Positions 41,401 through 54,920 of a stretch of DNA of 64,000 nucleotides are shown piece after piece. The DNA lies in contig NC_043002.1 in assembly GCF_006345805.1 (NCBI RefSeq), forward strand, positions 558,001 to 622,000, given 5' to 3'. Positions within the stretch are counted from its first letter, which is position 1. Each line of letters starts with the position of its first letter. Made by a program: the position numbers and the translations under genes. This DNA comes from Octopus sinensis (lineage: Eukaryota). The notes beneath the pieces are model-generated. The model was not told the DNA's origin. It worked only from the letters and a program-made list of their open reading frames with translations, and made no database searches.

Positions 41401-44400
41401 CCTCTCTCTCTCCGCCTACCACTCTCTTCCCTCACACACTCTTGAAACCTATCCAACCATTCATCATCATCTATGCCCCTCCTCCTCCCATTCTCACACA
41501 CCTTTCTTCTTCCTTCTGCATCACCATTATGAATCTACACGCCATCATCATTGGTCACCCCATCACCCTTTATCCAACCCTCAACCCTAACCAATTTCTA
41601 CACTTGTCACCCACACTTCCCAATTTATTATCCACTCAACACCTGTTGTTCAATCATTATATTCTCACCCATTCTCCATTTCTCACTCTCTTATACACTC
41701 TTGCCACATCCACCACAGACACTTCTACACCTTCTGAACCCTTTCTACTCGACTCGTACTTTGTAGATGATCGACCAAGGCACCTCATCACTGCAATTTT
41801 CATCTCTACCTTAATCGTGTTTACCCTATCCTCATCTCATGAAACAGGAGTACTTACGTAACCCCTTGTCACATGCTCTGCTCTCGCACCTTCTCTCATA
41901 CTTGAACCCTTCATCTCCTTATACAAATCTGACCCTTACAGGCTTAGTAGTCTTGGGACTGTAAAAAGCACCCAGACCACGTTGTAATCGGGTTAGTGCT
42001 TAGAAAGGCTTCCAGCAAAGGAAACTATGCCAAAGAGGCAACATGGCTAGCCTCAAGTGCCCAGTTGCTCAGAGTTGCATTACTGCATTCATCAATGTCT
42101 GCAAGTTGAAACAAGCAAAATTTGAATTAAATACAGAGGGCAGCAGAGTTTGGAAATTAAGAAGCAGCATAGAGAGTAGAAGCTCGAGGGACTTAAGAAG
42201 ACAGGAAACACATTGATAATAATATACTTTAGATAAAATGTAGCATTAATACATTATATTCTTAAATGAGGCAACATTATCAGAAAGAAATCCTTAGTGT
42301 ATTTGTTGTACCGACCTGCACAATTGACTCCGTCTCCAGTAAAGCCTTCCCTACAAGTACAGTTGAAGCCAGGAACAAAGTTGTGACATGTTGCATATTG
42401 TGAACAGTTGTGGAGTGAATTCGTACATTCATTTAAATCTGGAAATTGAAACAACAAAAATAAGGCTCAATCGTAATTTAAGAAGAACTGAAACCACAGC
42501 AACATAATTAATTCAGAAATGGACAAATGAGAGATTGTAATCTGCCTGATGGACGAAATGACGGGATTTAGTTAGAAAAGCTTACAACAGAGGTTGTATC
42601 TTTTGATCCTAATTCTAAATGAATTATTCTAAAATTACATCAGCAATCATTGGAATGGTCAACAAAAATGGATGTTCTGTGTCCTTTTGCCATTTTATTT
42701 ATGGACTTTCTCAAAAGCATGATTGGAACTCCTTTCTTCAATGTCAGTTTGAGGGAAAACATTGCAGGAGTATCCAAAAAGTTAGGAAACTCAATAGGAT
42801 AACTCTCAGACTCATTAGGGTCCACAACAGTATGAATTGAGAAATAATTTTCTTTCTCAGTGTTGATTGATAGAATAAGTTTCCAATTGACAATCAGGAC
42901 AGTTTCATTCCTTGGTGTAAGTATGGCTCTTTCACTAGGCCAATCATGATCTTGTCCAATGTTTGGGTAAACCTTGGTGATCAGCTCTTCTACAGTTTTG
43001 ACCAAAATGCTACAGCCATTTGTAAAAGTGATATCTCCATTACTGTCTTGCTGAATGCTTCTGTTTCCCAGATCCAGGAGCTGAGTTGCAAATCTCCAAG
43101 TATCCTAATCTCTGAAGAAACTGACTCTCCTGGAAGTCCAACATGGCCAGAAGACCAATTAGGCCAAAAGTCCAATCTGGCAGAAAGTCCAGTTTCGGCA
43201 GAAGTTCAATTTGGGTGGAAAGTTTGATTTGCTTGAACGTTAAAGTTCTTTAATGTTTCCTTCTCAGAGATCCACTTCACAAACTCAATGGAACTTCAAA
43301 ACCTCACAAATACAAAACTCCTACTCTAAGTTGGATCTAGTTTTAAATGAACTGAATTGGAAACATTTTTAAATTCCCATGGTTTGGTATTTAAATTCAG
43401 ATTAAATGTAAAACTTGTAAGTTCTCACACTTTTGGAGTTCTTTTCAAATTTGATGATGATGATGATGTATCAATATCTTTTACTCACCTGTACAATTAA
43501 AACCATCTCCAGTATATCCATCATTACAGCTACAGTTGAAAGTACCAGTATCATTTACACAACTAGCCTCAGGTGCACAGTTGTACAGAGTTGCATTGCG
43601 ACAGTCATTCGTGTCTGCAAATTGAAACAAACAAGATTTGAATTAAAACTATTGTATAGAGAGCAAAAATTTTAAATCAGGAAGCTTTGAGCGAGATCGG
43701 ATGACATTGCTATCTATATCTTAGATAAAATGTGCCATTAATACATTATATTGTAAAATCAGACAACGATATCACAAAGAAATCTTTAATAATGGACTTG
43801 TTATATAATTGACTCCATTTCCAGTGAAGCTCTTGTTACAGCTACTGTTGTAACCACCGTCAATGTTGTAACGCAGAGCAAATTGTGAACAGTATCAATG
43901 GTTGTATGTTTTGCACTAATTCTAAATGAATTAGACAGAAAGTTAATTATTATCATCATTTTACACCTGTCGTGCTGGTGGCACGTAAAAAGCACCGACT
44001 ACACTCTCGGAGTGGTTGGCGTTAGGAAGGGCATCCAGCAGTAGAAACTCTGCCAGATCAAGATTGGAGCCTGGTGCGGCCGTCTGGTTCGCCAGCCCTC
44101 AGTCAAAATCATCCAACCCATGCTAGCTAGCATGGAAAGCGGACGTTAAACAATGATGATGATGAGGATGATGATGATGTTCCATTCTGGCAAGCATTGG
44201 ACCCTTTAGACGAGTCGGATGATTGCATCATGCTCCAGCATCTCTGCTCTGGCATGGTTGCCATGATTGGATGCTCTCCTAACACCAACTATGATATATT
44301 GGGTGGGTACTGGGTGTGTTTGTCATGGCAGGAAACCTTGCAATGTGCATGACTAAAGATCCTACTTGGGGCCTCTGCAACTGAAAGAAGAATAGGAAAA

Positions 44401-45920
44401 ATGACGAAGGATGTTAAAGTGTGAGATTTATGCAGCCGTGGAGTGAGTAATAAAGCATACACTAATGAAGAGGGAATATGTAAGGGCAAAGAAAAAGAAA
44501 GAGGGAGTCAGTAATAAAGGAGAGCTAAGGCTGATGTGGTTGATTGTGTAAGGGGTATGAGCTGCTCTCCCATATTATAAGGGTTAGTTGGGTGTAGGCA
44601 TGAGGAGACAGAGGGACTGGAAAGAACCAATTTGGTGAAGGTGATGAAGACCCTAATGTTGGTTAAATGAAGGAAGAAGGGGATTAGAGGTTGTGGGAAG
44701 GCAAAGAGTGAAGGAAGTTAGGGTTTGAGGGAGTCTTTGAAGTAGTCCAGAGAGGGAAGGAGAAGAGGGTGGTGAGTAAGTGGAACAATTATGGGTGTGA
44801 TACAGTGAGAAAAAGAAAACAGTGTTGGATTAGAGAGCAAAGGTCGTGAGATCTGTGAGGGAAAGGAAGCTGAGAAGTGTGGGTGTGAGAGAGAAATCCA
44901 ACTGGACAAGGAGGAAGGGATTACAAAAGGTGGGGGGGGGGAGAAAGAGGAAGAGAAGCTGAAAGTTATCAGAGAATTGGGGAGAAAGGAATGATATCTA
45001 AAGAAGATATATCTCATTCAGGAAAACTGTAGGGAAAGAAGAGGGTTAGAGAACGAAGAGAGGAAGAGAGTGAGTGCAAGAGGAATAAGTGGTTGGAAGG
45101 TAGCTAAAGGATGAGGGTAGCAGAGAGGCAGGGTGCGAGGAAGAAAGCAGTGAGAACATTCAAAGAAACAAGATTTCCCTTTTACACACTTTTGGCCATA
45201 TTTTGCCTGAGAGAACAAATTTCCTCTCCTTCAACATATCACAATCAGTTCTTTGTGATGCTCAGCATCTTGAAACTGGCTTTCAGGATTTTGTTTCGTG
45301 TCTTTGTAGGTCTTCTTCCACTGGAAGCAACCATTTTGAAGGTTCGGCACTTTTTTATGCTGCAGTCACCCTTCAAACCCATCACACGCTCACAGCAACA
45401 CAGTTTTTCTCTCTCTCACAAATTCCATCTGATTCCACTTAGACACACAACAGCTTTTCTCTTTGATCAATTACACTGCATCTTTCATGCATGCTGACAT
45501 TACACGCTAACAATGGGTTACCACTGACGAAAATACCATCTGAACTTTAAACCTCAACACAAGCTGACATAACTAAAACATATCCATCATTTTCTGGAAT
45601 AATTCACGACAAAATGGAGATTCTGAAGTGAAAACTGATGCATATCATTAACAATCAATGTTAATCGACTGAAACTGCTTCTAAAAACATTAGAAGGTTA
45701 ATTAGACAATTAAAAATTTTGATTCTCAAACAACAAGGAATTTCACAAGGATTACAAGGAAAAATAGACATTATCATAAAGACATATCTACATAGGCACA
45801 GGCATGGGTGTGTGGTAAGAAGCTTGCTTCCCAACCACATGGATCTGAGTTCAGTCTCACTGTATGGCACATTGTGAGTCGATACAGACACACACAAACT
45901 TATATATGTAATATATATAT

Positions 45921-45987
<67 letters not shown>

Positions 45988-48900
45988 TTATAGAAGGAGC
46001 TTCTACAGGACTAGAACTGTTTCATTCAAATGAAATCTTCAGGAAGCTTCCTGAAGATTTCATTTGAATGAAACAGTTCTAGTCCTGTAAAAGCTCCTTC
46101 TATAAAATAAATTAATTTACTCTGCTATGTATTGAGTACCTTATTAACTGTGGTTAACCCCGACTCAACTCAGGACCTACATATATATATATATATAAAG
46201 ATACACTAAAGAACTCTACATCCCTTGTTAAACATATTTTCAATTTGAAAGCTAAAAGCATTCCTTACAATTTGAAATGGTTCAATATATAACCAGAAAA
46301 TCCTTATTAAGGTGGCCAAAAAATCTGTTTGTGAAAATTTAGAGTTAGAAAAGGTAATCCAAATTCTTTGCTTAATTCCAAATATGAGATTAACAAACTG
46401 ACACCCTCTAAACTACTTTCTCTTCTCTAAGTACATTAAATATAGAGTTAAAAATACATCTTCCCCTTTCCTAGGACAGCTAGTAACCGTGATCAGAACT
46501 ACAACACTAATATAATTTCAATAATGTGAATTATAGATGTTGCATGTCAAATAACACCAGCAAAACGTGCAATATGAAAGGGGCTCGAAAGAACAATCAT
46601 AATGCATTGTTCACCATGGAGATTAACAAAAGATGCACTCAGAACTGAAGTAGAGGGAATCATTTGAAAAATCGAAAACGACCAGTGAAAAGCCTGTGAC
46701 TTTATTCTGGGAAGTGTGGAGTGGAAGTACAAAGAATGTGTGTCTTGGGGCCTCGAAACAGGCCCAGAAGGGAACAACTGTTAATGATTGGGTACAAGAA
46801 CGTCACAACCCTTATAGGTAAAGAACAGGAACTAGTGGAAAAAGCCAAACACTATTGGCTAGATATAATCTCCTCAAGATTTTGTTGCGCTGGTATCATA
46901 GATTTGGAAGGAAACAGGAAATTCCATTATTCAAATGTGATGCTAATGAAGCGGGAGAGGAGATAGTCACAAATCCCCGGCTATTGGATTGCGTTATGGT
47001 GTGGACCACACTAGGTGGGGGGGTTTGCCTCCTGAAGCTTAAGTTGAAAGAAAGGTCACTATGCCTACTTGCAAGTACATGTACCAATCACTTAGGGGTC
47101 AAATACAAATCCTTCCTTGATGAAGTCACCGCAACTTTAGAAGTAGGTAAGACTGAGTCAGTTGTTCTTGGAGGAGTCTTCAAAGGACATGTTGGCACTG
47201 ACCACCAGACATGGAAAGAAGTGATTGGGAAGAATGAAGAGGCCTTGCTAGACCTCCAGGCTGGAAATGGACTCTCCATTATGAATGCATTCTCTTAACA
47301 TAAAAATATCCATAAATATAGCTGGTATAGGGATACTATGGGACAGAAGTCATCGACAGATTTGATTATTGTCATGTGCCCCTTCCATTCTGTACTGGAT
47401 GTTCATGTAAAGAGAACGGCTGACTGCCATCTAGTCATCTGTAAACTGAGACTATCTACAGCAGGGAGAAGTCACAAAATTGCTTAAGTTCAGTGTGACT
47501 TACAGGATAAAGTGGGAAACCCTGGCAAATTATTGATCAGAAACAAATATGCAGACACAATTGCACGCACACACACACACACAGACATGAGATTGTGGGT
47601 TCAATTCCTAGATCAGGTGGTGCATTGTGTTTTTGAGCAAAGTACTTCATCTCATGTTGCTCTGCAATCACTTTGACACCTGAGATGTGGCACCCAGTGG
47701 CACCTGTCCAGGTAATGTTGATTTGATGGAGGGAGTGAGCTAATGCACAGCACATATTTTTCATCATTATCAACAAATCATTTGGCAGAATGCTGAGAAC
47801 TCGTACATTGACTCTGACAGAAGAGTCCATCATCATCATCATCATCATCATCAAGTGTCTGCTTTTCATGCTGGCATGGGTTAGACAGTTTGACTGGAAC
47901 TGGTAAGCTGGAGAGCTGTACCAAGTTCTAGTCTAATTAGGTATGGTTTCCACGGCCAGATGCCATTCCTAACTCTAACCATACCAAGAGTATGGTGGTT
48001 GCCTTTTACATGTCACTAGCACCATCCATGACTATGATTTCAATTGGTCTGACAAGTCTTTTCAAGAACAGCAAATCACCAAAAGTTACTTGTCCTTGCC
48101 TCTGTGAGGCCCATCATACAAAGATCCTGTGGCACCACCTCATCTCACGTCTCCCTGGATCTACCTCTTCCACAAACTCCTTCCACAGTTAAAGAATGGC
48201 ACTTCTTTACACAGCAGTCCTCATACATATGCATGACATGACCATACCAGTGCTTTCATTTCTCTTGCGCACCACATCTGATGCCCCTTATGCCTGGTTT
48301 TTCTCTCAAAAACTCTTACACCCTATCATACATGCACACTGACATTGCACATCCGTTGAAGCTTACCAGCTTCATTTCTTTCAAGCCTTTGCATGTCCTC
48401 TGCAGTTGGACAACCTAGAATATATCAACAATGTACAATTCAACGTAATGCATGCTTTGGACCAGCACCTAGGCACTAAATACTCAAAGGATTGCTTTTC
48501 TCTGACTACACAACTGGAATATCCTATTTGATGCATACAAACCATTAGCCGGAACCACAGATTTATCCAACCCTATCTGGTGCATATTTTTCCAAGTACC
48601 TGATTCTATCTAAATCCTTATTTTACATACACACATACATACACACATATCTAAAAATCATAAGTCAGTCAACATGTGCAATTACATATTTGTCAATAGA
48701 ATGGGTATATTAATCAAAGTATTATTGATCCATTACGGTTGATCTTTCCAATCGGTTTTGCACTGGGCATTAAAACAGTCTTCAATGGTGACAGCCATGG
48801 CAGAAGAATGGCAACTGCTCTCCTTAACTGGAAGTGAAAAATGTCACATCCAGCTTGTAAAGAAAGATAAAAGCAGTGGGGGGTGAAGTGAGCAAGGATT

Positions 48901-49290
48901 AGATCAAGAATTATGTTCCTTGGCCCCAAAGTAACTGAGAGGCTATAAAATGTCAAGAGTGCCGAAAATGTGTGCATTGGCGATGGTGGGATATTTGTTT
49001 TCGGAGGGTCAGAATGTATGTAGGAGCTTCATGTTAGAGCTCTCTTGGTGTGGTGGGGGGGGGGCAGGTGTCAGAACGTTTAAGCTTATGTTTGGACATA
49101 TATGTATGTTATTTGAACAGGAGGAGCCGCCACCGACAACAGTGACCCCTCCGCCTCCTCCTAGCATGCATTTGTAGAAATAAGACATCAGCTTAAGGAA
49201 AGGAAATGAGTAAACGAAGTGGAATGTGTCTTGAATGCAATGATATATACATACATACATACATACATATATATACATACATACATATAT

Positions 49291-49323
<33 letters not shown>

Positions 49324-52300
49324 GTACGTCATTCTCCTTTCTAACGCAGGAAAAAGAAAAGAATAGCACTCGTTGAAATCCGGGTAGCAGACACGCCTAT
49401 TGAGGACACAATGATATGTGATAATCAAGACGTAACCTGATGAATTCAAGGCATTCCTATCCGTGTATAGATGAACTCAGCCAGATAAAGGAAGGATTGG
49501 CTTTTTATTTCGTGTGGTTGGTATTATTTAGCCCAAGGCCAGACTTGATCGAGCAGACTTATGATTAAAGATATTTAGGCTGTGATCACCTCTAGTATGT
49601 GCTCCTTCTCTGTGGTGAATAATCTTGTAAACATTTGTATCGGGTCAAAGAGGTTCCCACTTTGTCTTGTTATATCCGGTTTTGTTATTTCAATGAAAGG
49701 AAAAGAATATACTAATAAAGGGACCTTGAAGGGTAGCCTAACACTGGCCCTGTCCCTTTCAACAGTCTTGATTTAATAAATTATTTCATTCAGACTTCGA
49801 CGTCTCCTATTTTAAGTTGGAACCCAACCCCTTAAAGTTCTTTTATACATTGCCAATGTCCTTGAGGGAGATTTCAGTGTCATAGCTTTTATTCATATCG
49901 TGTTCGTTTACGAAATTATAAATGTAACAAAAATTACGTTTCTTCTTGGAGATGAGAGGAGAAAAGTCTAGTCAAGTGATTTATCAAATATTGTCACTAA
50001 TTATTCTATAAACCTTCAATGATTTGCACACAGAAAAGCACATCGATTACTTAATACAGATAATTTTTAAAAAAAACAACTTATAGTAGAAATATAAAGA
50101 AACTGCAATTTTTCAGTGTGTACTCCATAAAAGTGGGGGGTGAATTGGGGAAGAGGGTGCATTTGGCTGTTATTTCTAGCAAAACTGTAAGAACACAGAA
50201 CTGGATGCTTTGTGGTAATTATTTTGGATTTTTGCTTTATGAGTTCAAATACTGCCTTGGTTAGACTCGATCCCAAGACACCTTGGGTGCTTTTAATGAA
50301 ATTCATTGACTCTTGCAAATATTCAGGCCATGTTTGGAAGATATCGTCCTCTCTCTCTCTCCCTTAGTCCCAAAGGTCCTGTACAGGTTCACAGGCACTG
50401 CCTTCCCGCTTAACTTTTTTCGAGCGACTACGTATTATTCACGACCATCCAATATTAAATAAATATTTCTTTATCTAATATTGGAAGCTAGTAGATGCTG
50501 TGGTGCTGGCTATATTTTCTAAATGAACTAAAAGGCTACAATAAAGAACTAACTGGGTCCTTGCGCAGTGTATCAACGTTACAACACCCCACCCGTATGT
50601 TTTGGAGATATTATTCAGATTTAAGATTTCTTTAAGTGAAACAAAACATAATTTACACAAGTAAACAGTTAAAAAAAAGAATAGGTTTTTAAAGGGGTTT
50701 GGGGGGAAAAAGAATCCATTTATTATCAACAAAATAGCTATTACACTCGTCTTTTAAAAAAAACAAGTTATAACGACGATATAATTAGTTGTTATAACTT
50801 GTTTCATGGAAGATTAAACATGCAACAACAGGTAGATGGACATCAAAGGTAAACTAACCGTTTATACAATTCATACACACACATGTAAATGGGAGTGTAT
50901 ATAATTTGTATATATCTGATATGCATACAAACGTGTGTGTGTGCGCGCGCGCGCATTAGGGACGTCTATTCCGGGTGCGCTGCACACCCATCGAAAATGG
51001 AAAATTCCTTATAAATACCAGCGTTACTCATTAATTTAATCACAAATCTTAATAGAAAACTGTTGTTATACCTCTGCTTGAAATTTGGAGGCATTGGGTG
51101 TGGCAACACACCCAATACAACCACCACCATACGCCGCTGGTGGGTAGGTCGGTATAGAAAACGAAAGTGTATTGTTTTTTTAGGTGTGGGATTTGTAGAA
51201 GGAAATGATTTGAGTCATGCAGGCCTGGTCAGCCATTAGAGAAGTCAGAGGGATCGGCACTCCTAAAATACAGAGGTCCCGATGCATCTACGTAACGATT
51301 AGTTTTTTACGGTGCGCACTCGTTAGGTTTAGTGTTACGTAGATGTGTGGGGACCTGTATTTAAGTAGGACCCAGAAATCAACACCTTGTGAATTGTGAT
51401 AAGGCTACTATTCACAACAGAATATGTGGAGGATTAAAAAGACTTCATACTGTAGCAGCGGTTCCTTCTGCGAGCCAGCACAGCTGTGCATTATGCAATA
51501 AAATGTGCAAATCTTTGGCAGGGCTCAAGAGTCATATAAGGGCCTCACATTGTATTTATCAATGACTCTCTCTAGCAATGACTTTACTCGTACACGAAGA
51601 AACAGTCACTATATATATTTGGGTGTGAGAGAGAGAGAGAAGAGCGATTGATGCTGTTTTCGGATAAAGAAATAAAACAATGGATTGACTCTTTATGGTA
51701 ATAATGGCAGCCACCATCAAATGTCACTGCTACAAAGTTGGTAAGGACTTATTAATATTTACTGGAATGTATTGTGGTTCAGACAATGTGTAGCCACATC
51801 GCAGGCGTGGCTGCGTGGTAAGAAGCTTACTTTCCAACCTCATGGTTCCTTGATGAGGAAAGGTAGATAGAAGAAGAGGTAGAAGAAATATAGAAGGGCA
51901 GGTGCTAATGATCATGGAGGGGGGATTACATTTATGAAAGAACTTAAAAGTGCAGAATTTGTGCTTACATGTAGTGAAGGCTTCGTTGTATTTAAGCAAT
52001 TGTGGCAAGTTAGGGGTTGAAACTTTGAGGGCTTCTTTTAAGTAGAGTCCTCCATTTGTGGACTCTACTTAAAAGAAGCCCAGGAAAAGTTATATTGTAT
52101 TTTTCTATTAATTAGATGGTGTATCTGGCTGGCTAGTGATGTGGAATGGCTATTCTCTTTATATTTAAACGAGTTTAAATGTGCATAATATCTTTGTTTA
52201 AAATTTGTGGTAGATCCAATGTAGTAGCCATAGGAGTTATTTACTATGTTGTGAACGGTGCAATGGTATGACGTTGGATCTTCTGCATTAGGCTTATAGT

Positions 52301-54889
52301 AGAAATATAAAGAAACTGTTTAGGGATTGTTGTAAGTTTTGATTTCGAAATTTGGAGCTAGACCTCTCCATTATTTTCCATATGTATAGCACTGCATATC
52401 TCTCACGTCTCCTCACCAGGGAGTAGAGTCCCAGTTCCTTCAACCTTTCCCAGTAGCCCATGTGCTCTACTGAGTCTATCTTCTTTGTGTACTGGCATTG
52501 GGTCACCTCTAGTTCTGCAATTAGTTTAACACACTGTGGGGGACCACGGTTGGGAGCAGAAGTCCAGATGACTGAGGACAAAGGTTCTCCAAAGCAGAAG
52601 CATTGTTCCTGGTCCTGAAGGATACAACCTGCCACCCGCCTGCATAATGTTGCCATCTGAGCAAGGTGCGCATGGAAAGTTGCATCATTGTTCATGTGGA
52701 TTCCCTGGTAGCACAACCAACTCTAACTCTGGGATTACATTGCCTGCTGATCCTGTGTACTTCAGCTGTAGTTTGTTTGTGGGCTGATATTTTGCATCAA
52801 TGAACTGCATATTATTCTCATTTACCCATTTATATATTGCATTCAGGTAATTCTGCAGTCTTAGGATGTCAGTAGGGTTTTTGACCACCTGCGATACTTT
52901 TGTGGCTAACTCTATGGCTGAGGGCATAATTAAGAGTAAAAATCAATTAATAATCTTATCAGTGGGCATCATGTAATACAAACCATATAGGTAAACGTTA
53001 ATATAAATATATAATTATATAGATATAATTATAATTAAGGGTACTGAAAAACAAAACCTTCATGCTAGAGATAGATGTTAATAGACTCTAAAAACCACTT
53101 CAAATTACACTCCGTTAGCACAAGGGAGCAAAAATGAATTAAATACACACACACACACATATATACCCTGACTGGCCTCCATGCCGGTGGCACGTAAAAA
53201 GCACCATCCGATTGTGGCCGTTTGCCAGCCTTGTCTGGCACCTGTGCCGGTGGCACTTAAAAAGCAACCACTACACTCACAGAGTGGTTGGCGTTAGGAA
53301 GGGCATCCAGCCATAGAAACATTGCCAGATCAGCCTGGGCCCGGTGCATCCTTCTGGCTTCCCAGACCCCAGTTGAACCGTCCAACCCATGCTAGCATGG
53401 AAAGCGGACGCTAAACGATGATAACATATATATATGCACATACATATACATATATGTATATATATATATACACACACACACATATATATATATATGCATA
53501 TACATATATACAGATGTAAAGAAAATATATACATATATACATATACATATATATGTGCATATACATATACATATATATACATATATATGTGCATATACAT
53601 ACATATATATGTGCATATACATACATATATATGTGCATATATATACATATATATGTGCATATATATACATATATATGTGCATATATATACATATATACAT
53701 GCATATACATATATATTTTTTTTATTTTATTTTATTAAGTTTCAGCTCACAAGCTGTGGCCATGCTGGGGCACTGCCATTCGGTGTTGCTACATGATTTT
53801 ACTTCACGAATGCATTTTAGCGATTGACATTTGGTGCATGAGAGAGTTTGATATATATATATCTTTATATATATAAAACTGAGAATGTGTGTCTGTCTGT
53901 CTGTCTGTGTGTTTCCCTAAAACTTGAGAACTACACAACCAATTCCATTCAAATTCTACACATGCCTTACTTAGGGTCCATGTAGTTTCATGGGCAAAAA
54001 AAAGTTCAACTTCTTGCCTAGAGCGAGCCCATAGCAAAATCATATCTTCTCCACTATTTCAGTATTACGTGTTAAAAGTGAAACAAAAACGTTTCTCTAT
54101 TTTATGTCAGATACTTTCACTTTAACAATAAAAATAATAATAACAATTGAATTATATGTAGTAAGTAATAATTAAAATCAAACTAAAGTAACATGACAAA
54201 AGTAAAAATAGCAATTGGTATAAAATTGCATCAATGATTTGAACTTGAATAAGTGGTTTCACATGAATGGGAATAAATTAAAAATAAAATTAGCGTGCAG
54301 AAATGGAATAGTCCAGATGGATAATAAAAAATCAAATTAAAGAAAAGACTATTGTCTATAAAGTATACAATGTAGAGAAAAAAGAAGATTTGAACACATG
54401 GAGGAAAGCACCTTCGAAAAGTGTCTTGGTGCGACTATGAAAGGTATCTAATCAGAGACGGTAAATTCGCCACAGTAGAAGCAAGGTTCGAGTCAACGGA
54501 GCGTGCAAGGGAGTACTCAACTCGAACTTGCAAAGTGGAAATATTTTATTTTTACCTTTATATCTGGGACATCGGACGTCCAGGAAAAAAAATTTTTAAT
54601 GCCCCCCCACCTCCCCGAAGTAGAAGTAGGCTGGATTATAGCCACACTTCTATACAAGAGAGAGGACAAGATACAATTGATCGAAATTACAAGAGACGGG
54701 CTAACAATTCCACTCTGTTATATATTTTGAGTATTGTTATCACTAGCGATATCAAGATATAACTTTGTATTTGTATTTTATGTGTAGATGTATATATATA
54801 GATGTACATGTAATATGTACACATATATATATACACATATATACATGCACTAGCACTATGACCCGGCAACGACAGGTCTTTAATGCTAG

Positions 54890-54920
<31 letters not shown>

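Larger units (their letters stand above)
31847..42695. repeat. Tandem array of five ~1.65-1.87-kb units, each carrying EGF exons A+B and a CT-rich block
   Basis: Unit marker tttgtccaactggg at 31847, 33715, 35589, 39529 and 41182. Unit 3 is enlarged by a CR1 insertion; unit 5 is partial. Confidence 0.95.

Noticed and set aside
51440-51560. C2H2 zinc-finger gene
   Set aside because: A single finger with no splice context; it fits the C-terminus of an RTE LINE relic.
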